From: an uncultured Desulfospira sp.
GTDB taxonomy: Bacteria > Desulfobacterota > Desulfobacteria > Desulfobacterales > Desulfobacteraceae
Length of the DNA stretch: 64,000 nt
Assembly (NCBI GenBank): GCA_963663165.1
Contig: OY760175.1
Span: 4,992,001-5,056,000, forward strand
Reading direction: 5' to 3'
A program made the position numbers and the translations under genes. Position 1 is the first letter of the stretch. Each line of letters begins with the position of its first letter. The notes beneath the pieces were generated by a model. That model did no database searches. It was not told the origin of the DNA and saw nothing but the letters and a program-made list of their open reading frames with translations. This document shows positions 48,266-58,517 of this stretch, one piece after another.

Positions 48266-48304
48266 TATCAGATCCGTTCAATTCTTTATCATCAGCGTTC
48301 ATTT
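48266..48304 (-). promoter_or_regulatory. 21-bp-period direct repeat, candidate AraC binding site for receptor 1
   Basis: tatca-gatc-cgttca (48266) and tatca-tcag-cgttca (48287). Confidence 0.5.
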
Positions 48305-48305
48305 T

Positions 48306-49310
48306 TTATACGGTTTCATTCTGACGGTAGTAACTTGGGGGCATGCCGAAAAAGTCCCGAAATGCTTTTGCAAAATGGCTTGAACTTGAATAGCCTAAAG
48401 TGTAAGCAATCTGTGTCATGCTCAAATCTTTATCTTCAATCATCAGCTTGGCCTTTTCGATGCGTTTTATACGAAGATATTCCATGGGAGATACGCCGAA
48501 CAGCTGGTTAAACCCATGGTATAGCTTTGTACGGGACACACCGATTGTCCTGGCCAGTTCCATTACATCGGGAGGAGAGGAAAGATTCTTTGACAGCAGC
48601 TCCCCGGCAAAGTGAAACCGGTCGGCATCGCCGGATCTGACAGATGAGTTATTTTGCTGCTTTTTCCCGGCCGGTCTGATCTGATCAAGTTTACAGGCAA
48701 TCAGTTCCATTGCCTTGCCTTCGATAAAAATACGACGGGCAGCCCCTTGGTAAGGACACGAAAAAAGCTGTTGCAAAATAACCCGCATGGAAGGTGTCAA
48801 AATCCCCTCGGCATGATAAGGTTCGTATACGGCTGTTCCGGAACCCGCTGAAATCTTTGGTTTAAAAGGGATTGAATCCATTTCTTCTTCCAATAAAGGA
48901 AAAAACAATGACGGTTCAATCAGGATCAGGACCTTGTGAATATGTGTTTCGGGCATATCTTTATGAGAATGCATCATGTTCGGTGAATAAAAGAACCCAC
49001 TGTCACCGGACTTCACAGTCAAGGGTTTTTTTAAACACTCAAAGCTTAATTCCGTGTGTCCTGAAAGACAAAAGCGGAAGCCAAATAAAGGCGAGGTGAC
49101 TTTGTTTTGACTGGTTAATAGCTGTAAGGTTTTGTAGTTGTGCAAGTATACAGTAAGGCCGCTTTTAAATCGGAACTCTTTCATTATCCCCGTTCCGATA
49201 TCGGGCCGGACGCCCCAGCATGTTTCAAAACCAGTGGTCTTTATCTTAATATAATCCGGCGAATCTACATTACTTCCCGGTTGTCGGCCGCCCCATTTTT
49301 TTCTATTCAT
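48306..49310 (-). CDS. AraC family regulator (PchR/YbtA-like)
   Basis: CPYQGAARRIFIEGKAMEL; C-terminal double HTH LAR.IGVSR..L..GF, IAY.LGYSSSSHFAKAF. Confidence 0.9.
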   Translation of the reverse strand: MNRKKWGGRQPGSNVDSPDYIKIKTTGFETCWGVRPDIGTGIMKEFRFKSGLTVYLHNYKTLQLLTSQNKVTSPLFGFRFCLSGHTELSFECLKKPLTVKSGDSGFFYSPNMMHSHKDMPETHIHKVLILIEPSLFFPLLEEEMDSIPFKPKISAGSGTAVYEPYHAEGILTPSMRVILQQLFSCPYQGAARRIFIEGKAMELIACKLDQIRPAGKKQQNNSSVRSGDADRFHFAGELLSKNLSSPPDVMELARTIGVSRTKLYHGFNQLFGVSPMEYLRIKRIEKAKLMIEDKDLSMTQIAYTLGYSSSSHFAKAFRDFFGMPPSYYRQNETV

Positions 49311-49560
49311 TTCTATCTCTTTGCAGCGTAAATTGGCCTGCTCTGCAGGTCTATGTTGAAAACAATCAAAAGAGCAACTTGCAAGTCTGGCATAAAAAAA
49401 GCCGGGAATTCCGGATGGAGTTCTTTTCTCCCGGCCTTCCTGGCTTTAACTATTGCTATTTAACTATTAATTAATTGTTTAGGATCAACGGTTTCAGTAC
49501 CGTTATTTAAGGATTATTGGGTATTATACTTTTTTGCTGGTGTCAAGATATATACTATAA

Positions 49561-51520
49561 CAGGAGTTTCGGAGATAAGCCTCTCGGGATTGCTGAACGC
49601 CTTTATTGATAAGCCTTTTCGGCTCTGCCTTTTGTAGTACCCCTCAAATCAAGCCGCCTTCTATGTTAAAAACCCTGTCAAATAGGGCTTTCTATTATTT
49701 TTCTCTTGACTTGTAAGACCCTACCATATACTATGAAGCATGGCACATTTCCACATTAAGAAGAAAAAAGGAAGACCCTACCTTTATGTGAGGGAGATCG
49801 CTCGGGTAAACGGCAAGCCCAAGGTCATTTCTCAAACCTATATTGGGTCACCGGATCGGGTAGCGGGCCTTGTGAAGGGACAGTCCCAGGAAATAACAAC
49901 CTTGAGGGCTGAAGAATTCGGTGCGCTGTGGCTGGCCCAGCAAGCAGATAAAGACTTTGATCTTTGCTCTTTGATTGATGAGATTATTCCACCTGCAGAT
50001 CGAGAAAAAGGACCTACAATAGGGGAATATTTCCTTTATTGTGTCTGGAATCGCATGATTGAGACCGCCAGTAAAAACAAATTGTCGGATTGGTATAAGA
50101 GAACCGCGATCCAGCATATACGCCCTGTCGATCTAAACGAACTCTCATGCAAACGATACTGGGACAAATGGGACCGGGTTGATGAAAAAAACTTAAACGC
50201 TATCATATCCAAGTTCTTTGAACGATTATGGCAGGTCGAAAACCCTTCTTCTGATTGCCTGCTATTTGACACCACTAATTATTATACCTTCATGGGAAGC
50301 CAAACCGAGTCAGAAATAGCGCGCAGGGGTAAAAACAAGGAAGGGAGGCATCATCTCAGACAGATCGGCCTTGGCCTTCTGGTTGCACGAGACACCAGGC
50401 TCCCTTTATTTTATTCGATTTATCCAGGCAACATTCATGATAGCAAACACTTTGAAGCGGTCATGGAGGCAGTGTTTGGGGTAGTATGCGCCCTGAACAA
50501 GACCAAAGAGCGGCTTACAATTGTTATTGACAAGGGAATGAATTCAGAAGGGAATTATACCTGGATTGACGAGCATTCCAGGGTCCATTTTATTACGACA
50601 TATTCCACTTATTTTGCCCAGGAACTTGCCACCATCCCACTCGACCAGTTTGAAATTGCAGATACTGCCCGAAACAGAAGGTTGATTGATGAAGAATGCC
50701 AGGATGAGTGTCAATTGGCACATCGGACCAAAAAAGAATACTGGGGCAAGGAGCGGGCAGTTATCATAACTTATAACCCCAGAACAGCCCGAAAGAAATC
50801 ATACACCTTTGAAAGCAAGCTTGATACGATCCGACAGGAACTGCTCTTAATGAGGGCCAAGGTGAAAGAAGGGGCCGTTCACTGGAAAAAAGCCGAGGAC
50901 ATACAAGCCAGATATATCCGGTTGTGTCAAAGGCTTCACATGGCCTCCGATTTATTTACTCTGAATTTTGAAACCTCAGAAGATGGCTTGAATATGAGCT
51001 TCCGAAAAGATCCATACATAGTGAAGCAAAAAAAAATGATGTTCGGTAAAAATATTATCATCACAGATAATACGGATTGGGCAACAAGAGACATTATTGA
51101 AGCGAGTTTAGACCGCTGGCAAGTTGAAGACCGCTTCCGTCTCAGTAAGAATGAGGACTTAGTCGGTGTGCAGCCGATCCGGCACTGGACTGACAGCAAA
51201 ATCAAATGCCATTTATTTACATGTGTGGCAGCCATGGTTTACCTGCGCCGAATTGAATTAAAACTAAAGAACTCCGGAATTGAACGGACAGCAGAGGACG
51301 TCATGGATGATATGAAGCATCTACATTCCATTTTGACGTTGCCGAAAGGTGCAAGAAAACCGACCAGGCGCCTTGAGACGCCGAGTAAGACCCAGGCCGA
51401 AGTCCTATCGGCCTTTGGCTATCATGTTAATGAAGGTGGGGTCTTACAGTCAGAAAATTGAGTTACGCCCGCCAAGCAAGGCTTTCGCCGAGCCATGCCC
51501 TCTTAACCACGAAACTCCTG
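49561..51520 (+). mobile_element. 1960-bp IS1634-family insertion sequence
   Basis: TIR caggagtttcg / cgaaactcctg (16/19 match when extended); 5-bp target duplication TATAA at 49556-49560 and 51521-51525. Confidence 0.9.
49740..51461 (+). CDS. IS1634 family transposase
   Basis: Y.Y.RE..RVNGKPK, LFDTTN, RGKNK.GR..L.Q, YPGN.HD, IDKGM.S, R..VE..FR..K, PIRHW.D..I..H. Confidence 0.9.
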   Translation: MAHFHIKKKKGRPYLYVREIARVNGKPKVISQTYIGSPDRVAGLVKGQSQEITTLRAEEFGALWLAQQADKDFDLCSLIDEIIPPADREKGPTIGEYFLYCVWNRMIETASKNKLSDWYKRTAIQHIRPVDLNELSCKRYWDKWDRVDEKNLNAIISKFFERLWQVENPSSDCLLFDTTNYYTFMGSQTESEIARRGKNKEGRHHLRQIGLGLLVARDTRLPLFYSIYPGNIHDSKHFEAVMEAVFGVVCALNKTKERLTIVIDKGMNSEGNYTWIDEHSRVHFITTYSTYFAQELATIPLDQFEIADTARNRRLIDEECQDECQLAHRTKKEYWGKERAVIITYNPRTARKKSYTFESKLDTIRQELLLMRAKVKEGAVHWKKAEDIQARYIRLCQRLHMASDLFTLNFETSEDGLNMSFRKDPYIVKQKKMMFGKNIIITDNTDWATRDIIEASLDRWQVEDRFRLSKNEDLVGVQPIRHWTDSKIKCHLFTCVAAMVYLRRIELKLKNSGIERTAEDVMDDMKHLHSILTLPKGARKPTRRLETPSKTQAEVLSAFGYHVNEGGVLQSEN

Positions 51521-51683
51521 TATAACCATGTTCTTTATCATTAATTAAAATATGATCTTGTTTACCAAATTTATTTAGTCTGATAGAATATATAATTGAC
51601 AGAATAAAATTTTTTATATACATGCTGTTCTTGCACATAAATCCTTAAAACCAAACGGTATGTCCCAAGCAGGATAAGGTTAA

Positions 51684-52676
51684 ATGAAGACGGTTCCCCT
51701 CACCAGACAACGCGGCAATGATACCCGGCAAAACGGCCCCATGCGTAAAGAATGCAATTTATTTGGATCTTACAAAGAAATCCCCCCGTCCCTGGGCGAA
51801 GGATATAGCAAAACAATCCCTCTTCTTTCAGGGGCTGTCCTTTGTATGGCGAATATAAGATACTTTGAGAATTATGATTATGAAATAGATGAAAAATTGC
51901 CTGATCTCGGGTTTGGTTTTTGCCTTTCAGGGCAAAATCATGCTAAAAATATTTTGAAACATAATTTTACCATTAATGAAAACCAAAGTTCATTTTATCA
52001 CCTGAAGGGGGAAAAAGGGGTATACCGGATTACCCCCAACGATCGTTTTATCAGTATAGGTATCATGATGCAGATGGATTTTTTCCGCTCTTTTATGGAG
52101 GAAGAGCAGCATTACCAATCAACGGCTCTTAGAAAGGTTGTTGAAAAAAAACGTTTGGATGCTTTCCGTTATGTTGATACGGTTACACCTCTCATGAGGC
52201 AAATCACCGAACAGATTTTGCTTTGCCCTTACCATGAGCCCACCCGCCGTTTCTTTCTTGAAGCCAAAGCAATGGAACTTATCTTTCACAAGCTCAAACA
52301 AATAGATTCCCTAAACATGCAGGCAAAAGGTGCCTTGCCCGGCAACCGGAAAAACCGGGATAAAATTTATATGGCAGAAGAGTTATTGAGAAATAACATG
52401 GACAATCCTCCCGGACTTCTCGAACTCTCCCGCTCGGTTGGCTTGTCCAGAACACAATTGTTGAGAGATTTTCAAGCCATATTCAATACATCTCCTTATA
52501 GCCATTTGCGAAACATGCGTCTTAGAAAAGCCAAAACCATTTTTTATGAAGGGGAAACCAATATAACCGAAACCGCTTATCTGATCGGTTATTCAAGTGC
52601 CAGCCACTTTACAAAAGCATTTAAACAACATTTTGGCACGACGCCAAGCTCTTATATCCGCACCTTACATTCTTAA
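51684..52676 (+). CDS. AraC family regulator (PchR/YbtA-like)
   Basis: CPY....RRFFLEAKAMEL; C-terminal double HTH, AY.IGYSS.SHF.KAFK.HFG. Confidence 0.9.
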   Translation: MKTVPLTRQRGNDTRQNGPMRKECNLFGSYKEIPPSLGEGYSKTIPLLSGAVLCMANIRYFENYDYEIDEKLPDLGFGFCLSGQNHAKNILKHNFTINENQSSFYHLKGEKGVYRITPNDRFISIGIMMQMDFFRSFMEEEQHYQSTALRKVVEKKRLDAFRYVDTVTPLMRQITEQILLCPYHEPTRRFFLEAKAMELIFHKLKQIDSLNMQAKGALPGNRKNRDKIYMAEELLRNNMDNPPGLLELSRSVGLSRTQLLRDFQAIFNTSPYSHLRNMRLRKAKTIFYEGETNITETAYLIGYSSASHFTKAFKQHFGTTPSSYIRTLHS

Positions 52677-52690
52677 TTTATCAGGGTTAA

Positions 52691-52719
52691 AATATCCTTA
52701 ACCGCTAAAAGAATATCCT
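52691..52719 (+). promoter_or_regulatory. 21-bp-period direct repeat, candidate AraC binding site for receptor 2
   Basis: aatatcct at 52691 and 52712. Confidence 0.45.
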
Positions 52720-52924
52720 CTGTCGATATCAAATTATTCCTTTCTTGTGCTTAAATTCAGATTGCATGACTCATCAAAGAATTTTTTTTCTTTAGAAGAA
52801 AATTGGGTATGCCATATAGAAATTTAAATTTTTCCACGGAGGAATCCGGCGGCAGTATGCTGACTATCCGTGGTGCTATTTCAGGCCCGTGATCAATTTA
52901 TTTTACACCAAAGGAGAGAAAGAA

Positions 52925-54997
52925 ATGTATTCTGGCAAACACTTGATGGTTGGATGGTCAATTTTCATACTGTTGGTTTTGAACTTTGGCGTGCCCGCTC
53001 TTGCACAAGAAAATAATGATGGGGGAATCCTACTCGAATCAATTACCGTAACGGCGGATAAAAGAGAAAAAGATATCCAGGATATCCCCGGCAGCGTGTC
53101 CGCATTAAATGACATCCGGATAGAGGAAGCCGGAATAAATGCAATAGACGATATTGATAAATATGTCCCCAATTTTGAGATTTATAGAACATACGGCTCT
53201 AACAGCTATCAGAGCATAAGAGGACAAAGTAATCTGATTGATTTCTCATCAGCAGTCGGCACATATATAGATGATGTGCCTAATTTTGGTTTTACCGGGG
53301 TAATGACAAGTCTCTTTGATATTGAGCGTGTTGAGGTTTTAAGAGGACCCCAAGGTAATTTATATGGAATGAACTCAGCGGGAGGGGTTGTAAATATCAT
53401 CACCAAAAAACCTGGAAATGTTTTCAAAGCTAAGGCGTTAGCAGAATACGGCAATTATAACTTGAGAGCTTTTCGTGCCGGGGTAAGCGGCCCTGTTGTT
53501 AAAGATAAGGTTTTTATCGGATTTACCGGATCATATCGAATACGTGACAGCTATATCGAAGAAGAGGGAGCAGATACCCATGAAGAGGAAATTTTTTCAA
53601 GCAGATTGCAGTTACGATGGGTCCCATCTGATGAAACAGACATTCTTTTTACCAAAAATCAGGATGATTATTATTGCGATTTCGATTCATGGGTCGTTCC
53701 GGGCTATGATGATTTCAAGATTAAAAATAGAGGACTCAAAGAAGGGGATGATATAACCGACAATGTATATTCCCTGAGAATCAAGCATCATACGTCTTGG
53801 TCGGATATTACTTCAATCACCGCTCTGGTGGACAATGACAAATACACTGATGCAGGAAAAGATTATAAAACAGGGGGTGATAACTTAAAGCATCGAATCA
53901 TGGACTTGGAAGATAATAGATTTCTTCAGGAGATCCGATTTGCTTCTGTGGATAAAACAAATAGCTTACAATGGCTTTTAGGCGGATTTTATCTGAACGG
54001 CACTCAAGATACATATTATAATATGCGCAGGGATACCGGTACTGCAGGTGCTCCTACCGGGGTCTATACAGATGATTACACCACAAGTAAAATCGACACA
54101 ACCACCTTTTCTCTTTTTGGTCAGGCTGATTATTTCTTTTGGGAAAAGTTTACGTTCACAACTGGTGTACGATTCGATTATGATGAAAAAAAATCTGATT
54201 TTTATCACAACAACAGGGGAGCGGTGACTGCAGATTATGTGGATTCCGAAACTTGGACCAGTTTTTCACCGAAAGTTGCTCTCGATTACCGGATCAATAA
54301 TTCTGCCATGACTTATATCAGTGTAGCAAGAGGGTACAAAGCAGGCGGTTATGCTACTTGCTCTTCAATGGGCGATACTCCAGATTTAGCCAAGTTTGAT
54401 CCGGAATATGCAATATCTTACGAAGCCGGTATCAAAACAAACTGGTTGAATAACAGACTTATCGCAAACATGAGTATGTTTTATTCAACTGTGGATGATA
54501 TCCAGGTTTTATATATTAATCCGGACAGTACCTTTGGGTTGAGAAATGCCGCCGAAGCGACAATGTGGGGAATTGAGGCAGAGTTAAATTTTCGTCCGAT
54601 AACCGGTCTGCAGATCATAGGATCTTTGGGCACACTTGAAACGGAATTTGAGAAACACGAAGAAACTGCATACGAGGGGAATGACGTTCCCTTTGCTCCG
54701 AAATTCAATGCAGGATTAATTGTCCAGTATAACGCATCATGGGGGGGATACATACGAGCAGAATCTGTTTGGCATGGCAAAAGTTTTTTTGACGAGTCCA
54801 ACACATACAGTCAGGATGATTATATCGTATCAAATGCAAAGATTGGGTATGAAATAGGAGCCCTGAATATCAATGTATATGTAAACAATATCTTCGATAA
54901 AACATATTATACTATTTACAATTACGGAAGCGGTGTCGAAAAAGCGGTAACCGGCACCCCCCTTACCTGTGGCGTTCAGGCGACAATAAGATTTTAA
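52925..54997 (+). CDS. TonB-dependent receptor 2 (FyuA-like)
   Basis: Signal peptide, ESITVTA.KRE, DIERVEVLRGPQG.LYG.N..GGV.NI, RGYKAGG, NNIFDK.Y, terminal Phe. Confidence 0.92.
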   Translation: MYSGKHLMVGWSIFILLVLNFGVPALAQENNDGGILLESITVTADKREKDIQDIPGSVSALNDIRIEEAGINAIDDIDKYVPNFEIYRTYGSNSYQSIRGQSNLIDFSSAVGTYIDDVPNFGFTGVMTSLFDIERVEVLRGPQGNLYGMNSAGGVVNIITKKPGNVFKAKALAEYGNYNLRAFRAGVSGPVVKDKVFIGFTGSYRIRDSYIEEEGADTHEEEIFSSRLQLRWVPSDETDILFTKNQDDYYCDFDSWVVPGYDDFKIKNRGLKEGDDITDNVYSLRIKHHTSWSDITSITALVDNDKYTDAGKDYKTGGDNLKHRIMDLEDNRFLQEIRFASVDKTNSLQWLLGGFYLNGTQDTYYNMRRDTGTAGAPTGVYTDDYTTSKIDTTTFSLFGQADYFFWEKFTFTTGVRFDYDEKKSDFYHNNRGAVTADYVDSETWTSFSPKVALDYRINNSAMTYISVARGYKAGGYATCSSMGDTPDLAKFDPEYAISYEAGIKTNWLNNRLIANMSMFYSTVDDIQVLYINPDSTFGLRNAAEATMWGIEAELNFRPITGLQIIGSLGTLETEFEKHEETAYEGNDVPFAPKFNAGLIVQYNASWGGYIRAESVWHGKSFFDESNTYSQDDYIVSNAKIGYEIGALNINVYVNNIFDKTYYTIYNYGSGVEKAVTGTPLTCGVQATIRF

Positions 54998-55182
54998 TAT
55001 AAACGGTCACGGACCGTCTTTGGTTATCCAGCCAAGCATCGGTCCACAACAAAAAATGACCGTCTTTTCAGCTTGCTAGCAAGACTTTCTTATAACGGCC
55101 ACGGGCCGCCTTGGTTATCCAACCAAGAACCGCCCACAACAAATATTGAAAGAACTCAAAAGGTTGCTGAGTCTTTCATATA
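54998..55182 (+). repeat. Structured repeat family A, locus 4 (two units)
   Basis: Units at 54998 and 55091, same order of variants as locus 1; begins immediately after the receptor stop codon. Confidence 0.9.
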
Positions 55183-55272
55183 AAAACAACCACAGACGGA
55201 TTGTTTGTTAACCCTGGTCCGTCCAATTTTTCAGCCTTTTGGGGGACTTCCTTATAAAAAAGAGGATTAGGA

Positions 55273-55905
55273 ATGTATAGAAAACAAAAAATATGGGCAG
55301 TGGCAATAACAATTGGCATGAGTCTTTTTCTATCGGGCAGCGTTCAAGCCGAAACCTCAAGTAATATTTTCAGTGATTGGCAGGGCGAATTCATGAGCAG
55401 GGAATTTGTTAATGAAACCCCTGAAATGGATGCGGTTTACAAAAAAGTGGTCATTGAAGCCAAAAAGTTTGATAAAAATTATACCAAAGCCCAGGTCAGG
55501 GATATTTTAAAAGGAAAAGCGCACACGAGTTTTTGTCGTATTTCCTTAAAAGCGGATGTCATTTCTTTTTATGATGAAATGGGGAATGCGGTGGAACACC
55601 GGTATAAAGCAACCGGAACCGTACCGGATATTTTTGGAAAACAGCAATTTGAATGGCATGCCTTTGAAGCTGTGGGCAAAGAAGCTGAGGGCTCTGAATA
55701 CAGGTATATCCTTATGCTTAAAATTCATCAGCATAAAAACGGCCAGCCCCATTTCCATCTCAGGTACGGCAGCAAGGGGGCCAGGGAACTGACCGGCTTG
55801 TATGGCATGAAAAATTGGTGGCCCACAATGGTCAGGCCTGATTTTGATGTGAGCGCTTATATAAGCAACCTCAATCCTAAAATAATGGCCAGATTTTTGC
55901 CTTGA
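55273..55905 (+). CDS. zinT: ZinT/AdcA-like periplasmic metal-binding protein
   Basis: Signal peptide, SDWQG.F.S, HFHLRYG, NWWPT motifs. Confidence 0.7.
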   Translation: MYRKQKIWAVAITIGMSLFLSGSVQAETSSNIFSDWQGEFMSREFVNETPEMDAVYKKVVIEAKKFDKNYTKAQVRDILKGKAHTSFCRISLKADVISFYDEMGNAVEHRYKATGTVPDIFGKQQFEWHAFEAVGKEAEGSEYRYILMLKIHQHKNGQPHFHLRYGSKGARELTGLYGMKNWWPTMVRPDFDVSAYISNLNPKIMARFLP

Positions 55906-55981
55906 AATTGTGAAATCATACAATTATCAGGGTCGGAAATATGAAAGATTCGATCCTGATAACTCAATGGGCTAAACAAAT

Positions 55982-56048
55982 ATGAAGCACTGATGAGCAG
56001 TTACGGAACCTAATTTTCGCTTATTTTTCATCATTAGCCGAATAGTTA
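55982..56048 (+). repeat. 67-bp dispersed element (family C), copy 2
   Basis: Colinear with reverse complement of 4475-4541. Confidence 0.75.
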
Positions 56049-56175
56049 AAAATAAACAATTTTGACAAAAAAACGGAAGATTTTGATATCCGGGCCTGCT
56101 CCAAAAGGGTTATCCTTTCCTCCGCATTTATCATTATTAGACATGACAGGGCGTTTGAGCAAAAACAATAACATC

Positions 56176-57192
56176 ATGAAAAAAATACCTGAAATCCGCC
56201 ATTCATGGGCCCGGATCTATTCACTTCTGAGAATGGATCCGGCCGGGAATGTCCTGGTTACCGCCATTAAACAAAAAATATTTGACCATCTTGGGGAGCC
56301 TGAGTCTTCCGATCATATTGCCCGGCTGTTAAACTCCCATCCCCGGAATACCAAAATTTTTCTTAATGCACTGGCTGGCGTGGGGGTCATTCACAAAAAA
56401 AACGGGCAGTTTTTCAACACCCCTGAAAGTGATGCCTTTCTGGTCAGTACAAGCCCATCGTACTTGGGGAAGTTTTTCTGCCGTGTCCGGTATTTTTTTA
56501 CACGGTGCCGGTCATCGGAACATATGGAATCCCTGCTCATAAACGGCCCGGAAAACAAAACAGGCACCCGAGATGACGCCGAGTGGGTAGCCTATACCCG
56601 GCAGGCATCGGCCCACCAGTTTTGCGGACCGGCACAGAGAACTGCAAAATTTTTAGCTTCCCTGCCCGAATTTTCAGGCATGAAGAAAATGCTTGATCTC
56701 GGGGGAGGGGCGGGTTTTTACGCCATGTTAACGGTTTCGGCCCACAAAACCATGACAGGCGTTGTTTTTGACCTTCCCCCGGTAGTTGCCGTTGCCCGTG
56801 AATTCATCAGGGAATACGGGTTCTCAGACCGGGTATCCACCATGGGAGGCGATTATACCACAGACCCTTTGGGGGATTCCTATGACCTGGTTTATGCCGG
56901 GGGTACCCTCAATTTTGCCAAGGTCCATATTGATACGGTGTTTCGAAAAATATATACGGCCCTTAATCCGGGCGGCGTTTTTATATCCCAGCATGGCTCA
57001 GTTTCCCGGGACCGGACTGAACCGGGGGATCAGGTTCTGGATTTTTTGTTTGACGAGCTTAACGGGATGGATATCATCTTTCCCAAAGGCATGATTGCCA
57101 ACGCAATGAACCGTGCCGGTTTCAAGTCCGTAACCAGCACGGCCCTAAAAAGTGAATTTGGGAAAGCGGACATTGATATTGCCAGAAAATAA
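56176..57192 (+). CDS. SAM-dependent methyltransferase (methyltransf_2 with dimerisation domain); start uncertain (ORF open from 56062)
   Basis: LDLGGGAG, VFDLP.V, GGDY, YDLV, ALNPGGVF. Confidence 0.85.
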   Translation: MKKIPEIRHSWARIYSLLRMDPAGNVLVTAIKQKIFDHLGEPESSDHIARLLNSHPRNTKIFLNALAGVGVIHKKNGQFFNTPESDAFLVSTSPSYLGKFFCRVRYFFTRCRSSEHMESLLINGPENKTGTRDDAEWVAYTRQASAHQFCGPAQRTAKFLASLPEFSGMKKMLDLGGGAGFYAMLTVSAHKTMTGVVFDLPPVVAVAREFIREYGFSDRVSTMGGDYTTDPLGDSYDLVYAGGTLNFAKVHIDTVFRKIYTALNPGGVFISQHGSVSRDRTEPGDQVLDFLFDELNGMDIIFPKGMIANAMNRAGFKSVTSTALKSEFGKADIDIARK

Positions 57193-57202
57193 AACCAAAG
57201 AA

Positions 57203-58411
57203 ATGATAATGACTAAACTTACCTGCCCCAAATCAATCCTTGTTTTCCTGTTTGCATTGATTGTTATTCTTTCTGTGTCAAAGGTTGCCCCATGTGATGA
57301 TACCGGTTTTACCACAACAAAAGACCACAGGGGAAAATCCGTCAGGATCCCCAAAACCATCAACCGGGTGGCAACCATCAGCGACGGCATGATCGCACAG
57401 GTTATGACCCTCTTCGGTGTGGCCGAAAAAATTGTTGCCACCGGTTCTGAATGCATTCCCAGGACATGGACCCCTACCTACCCGGGAGCCGGGGAAAAAA
57501 AATATACATACCATGGGGGCATGAATACGGCGACCTATCTGAATCCCCGGCTCATGGATGTTCCCCTTATTGCAAGATACGGCTCTGCCATCAACTATGA
57601 AAAACTGGCGGTTCTCAAGCCGGATCTTCTCATTGCCCGCATGGGCTCATGTACCCTTGCCGCAGGCCGGGATGTGGTGGAAAAAAGCCTTGATCTGGTG
57701 GAATCCTTAGGGATACCGGTGGTAATGCTGTCCGGTCCTGAATCCGCAAAGGCCCCTGACGTTTCAAGCATGTACCGTGAAATCTACTTGCTGGGAAAGG
57801 TGTTCGGCAAAGAGGGCCAAGCCAGACAACTGGTTGATTTCCTGGAGCAAACCCTTGGATTTATTAAGAACCGGACAGACCGTATCCCGGATGCTGACAA
57901 AAAGAATATCCTGTTGTTGGGGCTTTCCCCCAAAGCCAGAACTAACGGCGCAGCAGGGCATGCAAAAGGTGCCGGCACCCTTCAGGGCTATTTTTTGAGC
58001 GAGTTTGTCAATGCAGCGAATGCCTATGAAGGACCGGGGGCATGGGTAGTTCTAAATGCTGAGCAGATCCTTTCACTTGATCCTGATGTTATCATACTCA
58101 TTACAGACTGGGGGTACCATCCCCCACAGGAACTTTACGAAGCCCTTTATTACCAGAGCCTTAGACATCTCAGGGCAGTGAAAACCCGCCGCGTGGCAGC
58201 CCTTCCTTTTACCCCCTGCAACTGTGAAAAAAGACTTGAATTTCCCATAGACGTTATGATTATGGCAAAAACGGCCTACCCCCGGCTGTTTAAGGATATC
58301 GATCTTGGTGACTGGATTCTTAAATTTTATCAGGGCCTTTACGGCATTGATGTCCAGGCGGCAAGAGGGCTTATGGACTGTCAGTGGGTAGACTGGGCCT
58401 TATCTGAATAG
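57203..58411 (+). CDS. ABC transporter substrate-binding protein (Fe-siderophore/cobalamin class III type)
   Basis: Signal peptide, D..G..V.IP..I.RV, NYEKL..LKPDL, EQI..LDPDVI, L.AVK..RV. Confidence 0.85.
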   Translation: MIMTKLTCPKSILVFLFALIVILSVSKVAPCDDTGFTTTKDHRGKSVRIPKTINRVATISDGMIAQVMTLFGVAEKIVATGSECIPRTWTPTYPGAGEKKYTYHGGMNTATYLNPRLMDVPLIARYGSAINYEKLAVLKPDLLIARMGSCTLAAGRDVVEKSLDLVESLGIPVVMLSGPESAKAPDVSSMYREIYLLGKVFGKEGQARQLVDFLEQTLGFIKNRTDRIPDADKKNILLLGLSPKARTNGAAGHAKGAGTLQGYFLSEFVNAANAYEGPGAWVVLNAEQILSLDPDVIILITDWGYHPPQELYEALYYQSLRHLRAVKTRRVAALPFTPCNCEKRLEFPIDVMIMAKTAYPRLFKDIDLGDWILKFYQGLYGIDVQAARGLMDCQWVDWALSE

Positions 58412-58517
58412 CTGGGCAATATGAAAACGCTCTTTGTCCCCCTGAAGCTCATGGATAAAAAAATTATGGGGAGCTTTAAATATGCCTCACCCTCAGTGGA
58501 CTATGGTGATCTGAATT

